Source of the DNA: Candidatus Multivoradales bacterium
GTDB taxonomy: Bacteria > Acidobacteriota > Thermoanaerobaculia > Multivoradales > Multivoraceae
DNA length: 64,000 nucleotides
Assembly (NCBI GenBank): GCA_965223325.1
Contig: CBDCWI010000002.1
Span: 1,536,001 to 1,600,000, forward strand
Reading direction: 5' to 3'
The notes beneath the pieces are model-generated. The model was not told the DNA's origin. It did not search any database and saw nothing but the letters and a program-made list of their open reading frames with translations. Shown one piece after another: positions 50,504-60,780 of the stretch. Position numbers and translations under genes: made by a program. Every line of letters starts with the position of its first letter. The first letter of the stretch is position 1.

Positions 50504-53500
50504 ATGGCAAAGAATCCGAGGGACCTCTACCCCACCCCTGGAACGCTCGCCACAGCACGACTCGCCGTGCTCGCTGCGGCCTCGCTGACCGTGCCGGCCT
50601 TCGGCCAGGGGGCGACCTTCACCGTCCAGCCAATCACGGGGTCGGTCGAGGAGGGGGGCACGATTCGCGTCGCGGTGACCCTGGACGACGTCGGGTTGTG
50701 CCCCAATGGCCTCGCCGCCACCCAGTCGATCATCGTGACCGGCTTCTACGACCTCGGGACCGCAACCGACACCCTGGCTCTCGATCAAGTCACCAACGCC
50801 GCCAACATCCAGGACTACGGCTTCGTGGACTCTTCCGGCGGCTTCGTCGAGTTTGCGCCGGTCAGCCCGACTTCACCTTCGACCCTACAGAGTGAGGTCC
50901 GAATCAGTGTGGCAGACGACGCGATCCCCATGGGGTCACGTAGCGTCACCTTCGACTTCTACCTACCCTCTGCTGCACCACCGATTCTGCGCGTGCCGGG
51001 CATCGACCAGTTGGACTGTGACGGCGGGGGCGTCGTCCCGGTCCAGCCACCTTCGAGCTCCAGCCTGGCGGTCACCATCACCGACAACGACGCCACCACC
51101 GTTTCGGTGGGTCCAGACTTCTCGGTCGCCGAGGGAGACGCTGGCTCGGTCACGGTCCAGGTGCCGGTGACCGTCGATGGCCCCATCGATCCGACCCTGG
51201 GGGTGGAAGTGAGCTGGAGCATTCGCACCGACGACCCGCTCCCACAGGCAACCCCCAACGTCGATTTCCAGGCGGACCAGGGCACGCTCAACTTCACGAC
51301 CACCTCCGCCAACCCTCAGTTCATCGACGTCACGGTCATCGGAGACACCGAGCCCGAACCTTCGGAGTTCTTCGTTGTCGCCCTCGAGCAGATTCTCTTC
51401 GCCGACCCGGGCCAGGCCATCTCGATCGTCGAGATCATCGACGACGACGCGGTCGCACCCGGTCTACCGATCACGGTCAGCGCCGTGGTCACCAACCCAG
51501 ACGAGGGCGATAAGGGCTCGCTCCTCGTCCCCGTGACCCTGCGCGCCGCGGAGCCTCTCGACAGTGCGGCGACCATCGCCTACCAGACGCGCGACGCCAC
51601 AGCCACCGTCGGCGACCTCGACTATGCGGCTACCCGTGGCGAAGTCGTGATTCCGGCCGGCGCAACAGAGGCCCGCTTCAACCTTTTCGTCGTCGGCGAC
51701 ACCCGGGTCGAAGCGGACGAAGTCTTCCTGGTCGATCTCAGGAATGAAAGCGAACCCGGCCAACCCGGCGACCGTTCCATCCAACTCAGCATCGACCAGC
51801 TGCGGATCACGATCAAGAACGACGACGAGCCGACTGATCTGCCGCAGGTTCAGGTGACCGGCGGCCTCGAGGCCGTCGAGCCCGAGAGCGGCCAGGCAAC
51901 AGCGGCGGTCGTGGTGTCGATCTCCAGTGCCCCCAGCGAAGCCGTCACCATCGGCTGGCAGACTCGGGGCGACACCGCCCTCGCCGGCGTCGACTACCTC
52001 GAGAGCGGCGGCTCCGTTGTCTTCCCGGCAGGGGAAGCAGCAGAGCGCACGCTCGAGATCCAGATCCTCGCCGACACCACCCCAGACAGCGGCGAGACCT
52101 TCTTCGTCGACCTCGCTCTCGAAAGTGGCCCCGCGGCGCTGGTCGACACAACGGCGCAGGTGGTGATCCTCGAGTCCGGTCAGACCTCCAACACGGTCTC
52201 GTTCTCCCAGCCGCGCTTCGAGGCCACCGAAGGCGACTCGCGCGGCACGGTGCGCGTGAGACTCGAGCGCCGCAACGCAATGCGAGTGACCGCGGTCGCG
52301 CGCACGACCGATGGCGGCAGTGCGACGGCGGGAGAAGACTTCCGTCCCGCCTCGTACGAACTGGTCTGGGAACCTGACGACGAGACCGAGAAGGTCCTCG
52401 ACCTGGTGCCACTCGACGACAACCGTCAAGAGGGCTCCGAATCGATTGCCTGGGTCCTCGAGAACGCGAACGGCGCCCAGATCGGGTCGCCGGCGCGTGC
52501 GACCCTCGAACTGAGCGACGACGACACGCCATCCGAAGTGCGCGGCGTTGGCTCGCCAACCGGCGAGACCAACAGCGTCCTCGTCCTCATGGTCGAGGTC
52601 CTCGACGACCAGGGCAACCCGGTTGCAGGAGTGCCGGTCACCTGGGGAATCAGCGGCGGCAACGCCAGCCTCCTCGGCGAGACCGTCACCTTCACCGATG
52701 CCAACGGCCGGGCCACCCAGCAGGTCGACACGGGATCCCAGGTCGGTCCGGTGGTGATCACTGCAGCGGCCCCCGACCGAGCGATCGAACCTGCCGTCTT
52801 CACCCTCCAGATCGGCGGCTTCGCGCCACTCTTCCCCACCGGCACTGCCGCGCACTCAGTCGCTACGGTGCTCGACAACATCTGCGGCGGCGGGACCCTC
52901 GACTACCGTGAGGTCTGCTCCTACCTGAACGGTCTGCCCGACGACGCAACCCGCAGTGCCATCAAAGAGTTGACCCCCACTGAGATCGGCGGGCAAGCTC
53001 TGCACGCCCTCAACCAGCAGTCGGTGCTTCTGCGCCTGTTTGCAGACCGGCTTGCCGCCCTGCGACGCGGTAAGCGTATCCAGATCGACCAGCTCGCCAT
53101 GCGCCTGGGAGACGACACCTTGAACGCCTCCATGCTGGCCGCCGTTCTCGATTCGTCACCCGCCCCTCAGAAGGCCCTCGGCCAGGCGATCGACGACGCC
53201 CTCGAGCGCGCCTTCTGGCGACCGCAGAACCCGGCGCCCGTCGTCGCGTCTGCGGTTGCGACCGGCAATCGCTCGATCGGTGCCGCGCCCCAGGAGCAGG
53301 CCGCCGAAGACCCGCTGGCAACCTACGAGTACAGCGAGAGCTGGGGCTTCTTCTTGCACGGCCGCTACTCAACGGGCGACCGCGACCGCACCGCGCGCGA
53401 GTCGGGCTTCGACTTCGACAGCCTCGGGGTGACAGCCGGTATCGACTATCGCTTCAGCGATCGTTTCCTGGCAGGCATTGCGGTGAACTTCATGAGCACC

Positions 53501-54211
53501 GAAACGCGCCTCGATCAGAACGGCGGCGGTCTCGACGCCGATGGCTTCTCGGTCGCCCTCTACACCTCGTACTGGTGGGATCGGGCCTTTCTAGACGTCA
53601 TCGGGATCGTCGGCAACAGCGACTACGACATGACTCGCATGATCGACCTCCCCGCGGCCTTCCTCTCTCTCGATCCCACCCTCGACGGGCGCACCCGTTT
53701 CCCTGCACTCAGCCAACCCACGAGCGACCAGACCGCGCTCAACGTGGGCACCGGCTATGACTTCGTGACCGGAGTGCTGGCGGTCACCGGCGCCGTCCAT
53801 GGCTATTGGCTCGAGGCAGACGTCGACTCGTTCCGGGAATCCGGCGCCGGCCCCTTCAACCTCGAAGTCGATCGCCAGACCCTCGACTCCTTACTGGGCG
53901 AAGCCAGCGTCGACCTCACCTGGACCCGCAGTATGAGCTGGGGGATTCTGCAACCCGCCCTGCGGACGTCCTACTTCCGAGAATTCGAAGACGGCGAACG
54001 GCTCATCCGCGGCCGATTCGTCAACGCCCTGGCGCTCGGAGACTTTCTGGTGCCGACCGATCGCCCCGACCGCAGCTTCTGGAACCTCGGGGTGTCACTC
54101 AACGCCACGCTCGCGGGCGGTACGGCGATCTTCCTGAGCTGGGACACCGACCTCGACCGCTCTGCGCTCGACATCCAGACCTTGACGGGTGGCTTCCGCA
54201 TGGCCTGGTAG
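50504..54211 (+). CDS. Calx-beta repeat autotransporter-barrel protein (AT2)
   Basis: Signal peptide ending AFG; Calx-beta repeats; Big_1-like domain; barrel with TAGIDY; terminal Trp. Confidence 0.88.
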   Translation: MAKNPRDLYPTPGTLATARLAVLAAASLTVPAFGQGATFTVQPITGSVEEGGTIRVAVTLDDVGLCPNGLAATQSIIVTGFYDLGTATDTLALDQVTNAANIQDYGFVDSSGGFVEFAPVSPTSPSTLQSEVRISVADDAIPMGSRSVTFDFYLPSAAPPILRVPGIDQLDCDGGGVVPVQPPSSSSLAVTITDNDATTVSVGPDFSVAEGDAGSVTVQVPVTVDGPIDPTLGVEVSWSIRTDDPLPQATPNVDFQADQGTLNFTTTSANPQFIDVTVIGDTEPEPSEFFVVALEQILFADPGQAISIVEIIDDDAVAPGLPITVSAVVTNPDEGDKGSLLVPVTLRAAEPLDSAATIAYQTRDATATVGDLDYAATRGEVVIPAGATEARFNLFVVGDTRVEADEVFLVDLRNESEPGQPGDRSIQLSIDQLRITIKNDDEPTDLPQVQVTGGLEAVEPESGQATAAVVVSISSAPSEAVTIGWQTRGDTALAGVDYLESGGSVVFPAGEAAERTLEIQILADTTPDSGETFFVDLALESGPAALVDTTAQVVILESGQTSNTVSFSQPRFEATEGDSRGTVRVRLERRNAMRVTAVARTTDGGSATAGEDFRPASYELVWEPDDETEKVLDLVPLDDNRQEGSESIAWVLENANGAQIGSPARATLELSDDDTPSEVRGVGSPTGETNSVLVLMVEVLDDQGNPVAGVPVTWGISGGNASLLGETVTFTDANGRATQQVDTGSQVGPVVITAAAPDRAIEPAVFTLQIGGFAPLFPTGTAAHSVATVLDNICGGGTLDYREVCSYLNGLPDDATRSAIKELTPTEIGGQALHALNQQSVLLRLFADRLAALRRGKRIQIDQLAMRLGDDTLNASMLAAVLDSSPAPQKALGQAIDDALERAFWRPQNPAPVVASAVATGNRSIGAAPQEQAAEDPLATYEYSESWGFFLHGRYSTGDRDRTARESGFDFDSLGVTAGIDYRFSDRFLAGIAVNFMSTETRLDQNGGGLDADGFSVALYTSYWWDRAFLDVIGIVGNSDYDMTRMIDLPAAFLSLDPTLDGRTRFPALSQPTSDQTALNVGTGYDFVTGVLAVTGAVHGYWLEADVDSFRESGAGPFNLEVDRQTLDSLLGEASVDLTWTRSMSWGILQPALRTSYFREFEDGERLIRGRFVNALALGDFLVPTDRPDRSFWNLGVSLNATLAGGTAIFLSWDTDLDRSALDIQTLTGGFRMAW

Positions 54212-54250
54212 AGACTCGGAGAGCGCGAGCCCTCAGGTCTGGCTGCGCGA

Positions 54251-54886
54251 TCAGCCGCCTGAAACGATGCCGTAGCCCAGGTTGACGACCTGCACGCGGC
54301 GGTTCTTGCGCCGACCGGCGTCGGTGTCGTTGGTCGCCATCGGCTTGCTCTCGCCGTAGCCCACCGGGTTGAGGCGGTCGGCGCGGATGCGGTAGTTGGC
54401 AACCAGGTAGTCCACCACCGCCCGTGCACGGCGCTCTGACAGGCCCTGGTTGAGCTGATCGGTGCCGGTGTTGTCGGTGTGGCCCTGAATCTCGAAGCAA
54501 CACGGCGAAAGGCTGTTGGACTTGAGCGCGTCACCGAGGATGTCGAGGTTGCGGCGCGCTTCTCGAGTCAACGCATCAGACCCCACCTCGAACAGCACCT
54601 CGACCGCCGCCATCGCCGCGACCGCTCCCCCGCCGCCGCGCGTACGAGCGTTGAAATAGGCTTCGCAGCTCGGCTCCACTCCGCGCATTCGAGGCGGCGC
54701 CTCGCCAGGCGCGGCCAGTGCCTCGACCAGGGACTCGGTCGTCAGTTCCTGGCCGTGGAGGTCTTTCACCTCGGGATCCTGGGCGGTTGCTGGAGCTGCC
54801 AGAAGGCACGCCAGGGCGAGGCCCTGGACGAGGCTGGCGGCGGCGAAGTCGCGGCTGGTGGTCTGGCGGATCATACGAAGGATCAT
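54251..54886 (-). CDS. Periplasmic OmpA C-terminal-like (peptidoglycan-binding) protein
   Basis: GHTD..G..N..LS.RRA, GYGESKP and NRRV motifs; signal peptide. Confidence 0.92.
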   Translation of the reverse strand: MILRMIRQTTSRDFAAASLVQGLALACLLAAPATAQDPEVKDLHGQELTTESLVEALAAPGEAPPRMRGVEPSCEAYFNARTRGGGGAVAAMAAVEVLFEVGSDALTREARRNLDILGDALKSNSLSPCCFEIQGHTDNTGTDQLNQGLSERRARAVVDYLVANYRIRADRLNPVGYGESKPMATNDTDAGRRKNRRVQVVNLGYGIVSGG

Positions 54887-54964
54887 GACTGGCGAATCTC
54901 CTATGCGAGGTCGACTCCAAAGGATATCGAACCTCCTTCAGGGTCGGAGCGCATTGACGCAGCG

Positions 54965-56848
54965 TCAAGGCACCTCGAGAGCGGCCAGATCGGTCACCGC
55001 AGCCGTCGGCAGGTTGGCCACGAAGTCTTCGGCGATGGTCGCCTCGCGACCCGGAATCGCGACCGTCGACCGGTAGATCATGGCCCCGTCGCTGGGTTGC
55101 GCGCCCGGCAACATGCCTGCTCTCTCGTAGGGCGTCGTCGATGCAAAGAGGTACAGCGTGCCGCGCCACGAATCGCGATCGACGGCCGGACTGGAACGTC
55201 CCTCGGGAATCTCGAACACTCCCGGACCGAATGCCGGGCTCGAACCCACGACCGCATCGTTGGGATGTAGCATTCGAACTTCACCATCCGGAGCGAGAAA
55301 AAAGAGCAGCGGATAGACCACGCGATCCGTGGTCACCCGCACCCTCGGCACTGCGGTGGCGAGGTCGCTCACGACCCAACCCGACGCCTCGAGACTGAGA
55401 CCGAGCACACCCGTCGAAGCGCTCTCGAGTTGCGCGACCAGCGCGTCGTGGAGCTCTCCGTCCGGCGCCTGTTGCCCCGCCGGGGGCGGCTCGGGTCGCC
55501 AGGGCTCGGTCGAGCCGTCGCCGACCACAGACGTCGCCGGATCATCGGTCACCGGGTCGTCGAGACGGTGAGTTGGAGCGTCTGACGACGGCGAATCGGC
55601 CGTGCTCCGTTCCTCGGGATCACCCACCACCTGTCCACCGTTCGCAGCAGCTGTGCTCGGCGGTGGAGCGCTCTCCTCACCCGCCCGCCACATCACAAGG
55701 AGCGCCAGCGAGAGCAACCCGAGACTCGCCATCACCCAGCGACCACGGCGCCGCCGCGCGTTCGGTCTCGGGGCAGCGACTGGCTCTTCGAGTGCGGCGG
55801 GCGTTGCGGCGCCGGGTTCGGGTTCCGAGCGCGCCGAAGCCGGGAGCTTCCTCTTGTTGGCCTCGATGGGTGCGATCGAGGGTTCTGAAACCAACTCTGG
55901 CTCGTCAGGTTCTCGCCCGGGCACCGGTGCGGCGACGGTCGCGTCCCAGGGGCTCCCAGGGACCGAGATCGAGTTCGGGAGCAGAGAACCGCCGGCCGCG
56001 AGCGCTCCGTCGATGGCATCGAGAAGTGCGGGACCCGAGCCCGGTCGTTCCTCGGGATTCTTGGCGGTCATCCACTCGAGCAGACGAACGGTCGCATCGG
56101 AAACATCGGGAGCCGAAGCGCGGACATCGGGTAGCGGATCGCGCATGTGCTTCATCAACATCGCCGCTGGACTCTCGGCGTCATGGGCATGCGAACCGGT
56201 GATCATGCGATAGAGCACCAGCCCGAGCGCATAGATGTCACTCCTGAAATCGCCGCGCTGGCCATCGACTCGCTCGGGAGCGATGTAGCGGATGGTGCCG
56301 ACGACGTTGCCGCTCTGGGTCACGGTGAACCCGCCAGACAACGGGTCGGCACCGCGTGCAAGGCCGAAGTCGACGACCTTGACCACCCCGCCGCGCGAGA
56401 TCAGGAGGTTCTCGGGCTTGACGTCGCGGTGTGTGATGTTGAGGCGCCAGGCCTCGGCAAGACCGCACGCCGCCTGGCGAATGAAATCGAGCGCCTCGCG
56501 TTCGCCGAGCTTCTGGTCCCGCTCGAGCAGGTCGTGAAGACTCTCGCCCTCGACCAGCTCCATGACAATGTACTGCACGTCGCCGACTTCACCGAGGGTG
56601 AAGATCTGCGCCAGATTGGGATGATCGACCTGCGCCATCGTCTGCGCTTCGCGCCGGAAACGCTGCTGCTGCTCTGGACCACTCGCTCCCGAGAGCGGCG
56701 ACTTGTTGAACTTGATCGCCACGCTGCGCCGGAGCTGCACGTCACGACCGACGTACACCGTACCCATTCCTCCCGCACCGATCTGGCGCAGGATCTCGTA
56801 GCCGGGAATCTCAGGCAGGTTTTCGATCGGTTCTACTCCGGCGTGCAA
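54965..56848 (-). CDS. Membrane Hanks-type Ser/Thr kinase with DUF4384-like extracytoplasmic domain
   Basis: GAGGMG, VAIK, HRDVKPEN, DFG and YIAPE motifs; one TM; C-terminal ..PDGEVRMLHPN. Confidence 0.9.
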   Translation of the reverse strand: MHAGVEPIENLPEIPGYEILRQIGAGGMGTVYVGRDVQLRRSVAIKFNKSPLSGASGPEQQQRFRREAQTMAQVDHPNLAQIFTLGEVGDVQYIVMELVEGESLHDLLERDQKLGEREALDFIRQAACGLAEAWRLNITHRDVKPENLLISRGGVVKVVDFGLARGADPLSGGFTVTQSGNVVGTIRYIAPERVDGQRGDFRSDIYALGLVLYRMITGSHAHDAESPAAMLMKHMRDPLPDVRASAPDVSDATVRLLEWMTAKNPEERPGSGPALLDAIDGALAAGGSLLPNSISVPGSPWDATVAAPVPGREPDEPELVSEPSIAPIEANKRKLPASARSEPEPGAATPAALEEPVAAPRPNARRRRGRWVMASLGLLSLALLVMWRAGEESAPPPSTAAANGGQVVGDPEERSTADSPSSDAPTHRLDDPVTDDPATSVVGDGSTEPWRPEPPPAGQQAPDGELHDALVAQLESASTGVLGLSLEASGWVVSDLATAVPRVRVTTDRVVYPLLFFLAPDGEVRMLHPNDAVVGSSPAFGPGVFEIPEGRSSPAVDRDSWRGTLYLFASTTPYERAGMLPGAQPSDGAMIYRSTVAIPGREATIAEDFVANLPTAAVTDLAALEVP

Positions 56849-57039
56849 ATGACAGATCGCCGCCTCCAGAAGCCTCGGTCACGAGGATCCCATGAACCGC
56901 GCGCAACCGTGCCCGCAACAGGCGAAGCTCTGCCAGGCCTTTCGACCTCCACGCCCTGACGAACGGCGAGGGAGGGCGGTGACTGATGGGGAGGACAGCA
57001 AGTCGATTATACGACTGCTATCGGACCAACCTTCGCATG

Positions 57040-57924
57040 TCAGTCGTCGCCGTACCGGACTTCAATAGCCCGCAGCTTCCAGATCGCGACCCCGAGGCCG
57101 AGCGCCGACAGGCCGAGAAGCCCGAGGACCGACATCCAGGCGGGTGGTGGCGACGCCAGGATGGCAAGCGGCCCCTCCGGCAAGGGCACCGGAACCAACC
57201 CCAGGAGGTAGTGGGTGATCGAGAACTTCTTGAGTGCTGCAGGGAGCAAGAACTGAATCGACTCCCAGGCGAGCACTCCGGCGATCGGCAGAATCGGGCT
57301 CTTGAACAACAGCCCGAGAGAGAGAAACACCGCGCCATAGCCCAGGCAGGCCAATGAAGTGGTCGCCAGGTAGGCGAAGAGATGCGACAGACCCGGACCC
57401 GACGTCATGTCCTGCACTGCCCGATCGAGCCCGAACGGTATGTAGAAAAGCAGGTAACAGATCGTCGTGACGCCACAGAACATGGTGAGCGTGACGGCCA
57501 GACCGGAGAGGTATTTGGCCAGCGCCAGAAGCCAGCGCCGCGTTGGAGTGAGGAGGTAGTAGTGCAAGCTGCGATCGAGGACGTCACCACGAAAGAGGTT
57601 GGTGAAAATCACCGCGCAACCGAAGAACACCACGGTGCCGAGAATCAGCGTGTGGTAGATGAACGAAAAAATCGGTCTGCCGCTCCCGACGTTGTCATGG
57701 AACTCGGCCGGGGGTGCGATGAAGGCGATGATGGTGAAGATGAAGAGGGGCAGCGCGCACAGGGCGTAGATGCCCAGCGCACGCCGGCTGAAGGCGGTCT
57801 TCTTGATTTCGATGCGCAAAATGGCGAGCAACTGAGCAATCCACAGGTTCCAGCCCTCGGCCCGCACCGGGCGCGCCACCTGCGGGACCGCCGCCGCACT
57901 GCCTCTCGACTCGGTGGTCGTCAC
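57040..57924 (-). CDS. ABC-2-type permease
   Basis: Multiple TMs; [12 protein letters not shown]...AKY motif. Confidence 0.85.
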   Translation of the reverse strand: MTTTESRGSAAAVPQVARPVRAEGWNLWIAQLLAILRIEIKKTAFSRRALGIYALCALPLFIFTIIAFIAPPAEFHDNVGSGRPIFSFIYHTLILGTVVFFGCAVIFTNLFRGDVLDRSLHYYLLTPTRRWLLALAKYLSGLAVTLTMFCGVTTICYLLFYIPFGLDRAVQDMTSGPGLSHLFAYLATTSLACLGYGAVFLSLGLLFKSPILPIAGVLAWESIQFLLPAALKKFSITHYLLGLVPVPLPEGPLAILASPPPAWMSVLGLLGLSALGLGVAIWKLRAIEVRYGDD

Positions 57925-58859
57925 GCCGCACCCTCGCCTTCAACCAGGTAGCCGTAGACCGCTTGCACGTCGTCGTCAGCCGGCCCGATGCCGTCAATCG
58001 CCAGACCCTCTTCGAGCACCAGCTGGTTGAACTCGAGAAAGAAGCGCTCGGCGTTCTTGGTCCGCACCATGAGACCGTGGCGATCCTTGTGCATCCGCAC
58101 CTCGACGATGTGGGGGCGCTCGAAGAGGCGCGCGGCAACGCGGTCGGCATGCTCACAGCGCACGAAGACCTGCATGGGATGTTCCGACATCTCGTCGCGC
58201 ACACCCTGGATCTCACCCTCGGCCACGACGTAGCCACTGTTGAGGAGCACGACGCGGTCGGAGAGCATGTCGACCTCGTGCAGGATGTGACTCGACACGA
58301 GCAGGTGTTGCCCCTCTTCGGCGAGATCCCGAAAGAGCGTAATGATCGAAGCGCGTGCCATCGGATCGAGACCGTTCAAGGGCTCGTCGAGAATCATCAC
58401 CCGCGGCTGATGGGCGATCGCCTGCGCCAGGCGAATTCTCTGGCGCATCCCCTTCGAGTACCCGGCAACCTTGCGCCCGGCGACCTCGGAAAGGCCAACC
58501 CGCTCGATCGCGCGATCGGCCATTCTCTTGGCGTCAGCGGCCGAGAAGCCGTGCACCCGCAGAATCGTTCGCAAGAGCTCGCTGCCGGTCATTCCGGCCG
58601 GAAAGGAGTCGTACTGTGTGCAGTAGCCGACTTCACGAAAGAGGCGCTCCGGGTCGCTGGTGTCCATTCCCAGAACCTCGAGCCTCCCACGACTCGGCTG
58701 CAAGAGGCCAGCGAGCAGGTTCATCAAGGTGCTCTTCCCCGAACCGTTGGGGCCAACGAGGCCAGTGATACCCGGCTCGAGCACCATGTCCACACGGTTG
58801 ACCCCCAGGACTTCGCCATAGAACTTCGAGACGTCGTCGAAGACGATCTGGTCGCTCAT
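57921..58859 (-). CDS. ABC transporter ATP-binding protein
   Basis: [20 protein letters not shown] and SSH motifs. Confidence 0.93.
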   Translation of the reverse strand: MSDQIVFDDVSKFYGEVLGVNRVDMVLEPGITGLVGPNGSGKSTLMNLLAGLLQPSRGRLEVLGMDTSDPERLFREVGYCTQYDSFPAGMTGSELLRTILRVHGFSAADAKRMADRAIERVGLSEVAGRKVAGYSKGMRQRIRLAQAIAHQPRVMILDEPLNGLDPMARASIITLFRDLAEEGQHLLVSSHILHEVDMLSDRVVLLNSGYVVAEGEIQGVRDEMSEHPMQVFVRCEHADRVAARLFERPHIVEVRMHKDRHGLMVRTKNAERFFLEFNQLVLEEGLAIDGIGPADDDVQAVYGYLVEGEGAA

Positions 58860-59713
58860 CCAACCACCTCGTAGGCCCGCAAACGGCGAAACAAGAGAAT
58901 CGTCGCTGCCGCCGCGAGCAGTGCGAGGGTGCCAAGGGCCGCAATGAACGGCAGCTCCGAACCAGGCGAAGCGCCAAAGAACCCTTCGACGGCGCGCTGG
59001 TTGAGCATGAACACGTTGACCAGGCTGCCCATCCAGGTGTGGTAGATCGCGTTCCATACCGTGCCCACCGCCGCGCCGACAAACGCCATGGCGAGATAGA
59101 GCGTGCGCGCCCAGGGCTTCCATTTGACCCACGCCGAAACCGCCAGGCTGACGACCGAGATCACGAAACACCAGAGCAGCGACGACAGGCAAAGCGCCAC
59201 GAGGATGCGCAGGTTCTCGAGCATCCAGTCATCAGCGAGCGACGACTGCAGAAAGAACAACAACACGCCCGGCACCAGGGTCACCGACAGCGAGAGCACG
59301 AAGGGAATCGCCAGCTTGCCGAGCACGTAGTCGGTCTTCTCGATCGGCCGCGACAGCATCAAGGCGAGAGCGTTGTTGCGTAGATCAGGCGAGACGGTCG
59401 CCGGCCCCACGATCATCACCAGAAGGAACGCAGCCCACAGCTGGCGACTCAAGAAAAACGTGCGGAAGTACCACTCGTTGATCTGAAGGAACTCGCTCGC
59501 ACCGCTCAGAGCTTCGATCAGCGGCAGGTTGTTGGCGAGGTAGATCCCCAGCCCGGCGAACAGCGGCCAGGCCAGAATGAGGACATAGAACACCAGAAAG
59601 GCTCGCGACCGAAAGGCGTCGGCGAGCGCGTAGCGCGCAAAGACCAGGGCGCGGCTCCAGGGCGGCGTGACGACCCCGTCGTACCCTTTGTAGGTCTGAT
59701 CATGCACTCCCAC
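58856..59713 (-). CDS. ABC-2-type permease
   Basis: Multiple TMs; DLRNNAL..LSRP...YVLGK motif. Confidence 0.85.
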   Translation of the reverse strand: MGVHDQTYKGYDGVVTPPWSRALVFARYALADAFRSRAFLVFYVLILAWPLFAGLGIYLANNLPLIEALSGASEFLQINEWYFRTFFLSRQLWAAFLLVMIVGPATVSPDLRNNALALMLSRPIEKTDYVLGKLAIPFVLSLSVTLVPGVLLFFLQSSLADDWMLENLRILVALCLSSLLWCFVISVVSLAVSAWVKWKPWARTLYLAMAFVGAAVGTVWNAIYHTWMGSLVNVFMLNQRAVEGFFGASPGSELPFIAALGTLALLAAAATILLFRRLRAYEVVG

Positions 59714-60780
59714 TAGCTCTTCACCTCGGCAGCTTCGTGGACGACGGGGACGGCGCCGGCTGGGCTTTCTTCCATCGCGCGCAGGAAGATGTCTTCGAGG
59801 GAGTCGCGCTTGTAGTCGAGCCGGCGCAGTTGAACGCCCTGCTCGGCCGCCAACTTGTAGAGGTCGGCGATCTCGACCTGTTCGGGGAGCACGGCGCGCA
59901 TGCGACGCCGGTTGACCGTCGCCAGCTCACAGCCCAGGTCACGCAGCGACTGGGCGTAGGTGCCGTCGTCACCGCGCAGTTCGAGCTGTAGGAACTTCTT
60001 GTTCGAACGCCGCTCCTCTTCGAGGTTGCAGTAGGTCGCGATCTTGCCCGCCTTGAGCACCAGTACTTCTTCGCAGCACTCTTCGACGTCGCGCAGGAGG
60101 TGCGACGAGATCACGATCCGCGCCTGGCCACTGTCTCTGATGTCGCGAATGAGCTGGATCATGCGGCGGCGAGCCGGAGGGTCGAGGCCGTTGGTCGGTT
60201 CATCGAGGAACAAGAGGCGTGGCCCATGCACGATCGCCTGGGCGAGCTTGGCGAGCTGCTTCATACCCAACGAATAGGTCTCGAGCTTGCGGTAGCGCGC
60301 CTCGCCGAGGCCAACGTAGAAGAAGGCCTCGTGCGCCCGCTCGAGGGCAGCCCTGGGCGGCAAGCCCGAAAGCTCGGCCATCATGCGCACGAAACGAACC
60401 CCGGTCATGCCAGAAATGAAGGCATCGCGCTCTGGCATGTACCCCACCAGACGACGCGACTCACGGCGTCGCCGCGCAATGTCGTTGCCGAGAACGCGTG
60501 CGGTCCCGGCGCTGGCCGGGTGAAAACCCAACAGGGTGTGGATGAGGGTCGTCTTGCCCGCACCATTGGGGCCGAGCAGCCCAATGGCGCGCCCTCCGAG
60601 GCTGGCGTTCAGGTCGTCGAGGACCTGGAAACGACCGAAGCGCACGCCCAGGCCTTCGAGCTCGACGACCGGATCGGCCGTGCCGAGAGGAGCCCTGGAC
60701 GGCGACGACCCCGAGCGGCCGGTGCCAACGGCACCACGCAACTCGGGGTCACGCGTCTCCGGGGGAGAATCTATTGCCAC
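59713..60780 (-). CDS. ABC transporter ATP-binding protein
   Basis: [20 protein letters not shown] and SSH motifs. Confidence 0.93.
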   Translation of the reverse strand: MAIDSPPETRDPELRGAVGTGRSGSSPSRAPLGTADPVVELEGLGVRFGRFQVLDDLNASLGGRAIGLLGPNGAGKTTLIHTLLGFHPASAGTARVLGNDIARRRRESRRLVGYMPERDAFISGMTGVRFVRMMAELSGLPPRAALERAHEAFFYVGLGEARYRKLETYSLGMKQLAKLAQAIVHGPRLLFLDEPTNGLDPPARRRMIQLIRDIRDSGQARIVISSHLLRDVEECCEEVLVLKAGKIATYCNLEEERRSNKKFLQLELRGDDGTYAQSLRDLGCELATVNRRRMRAVLPEQVEIADLYKLAAEQGVQLRRLDYKRDSLEDIFLRAMEESPAGAVPVVHEAAEVKS

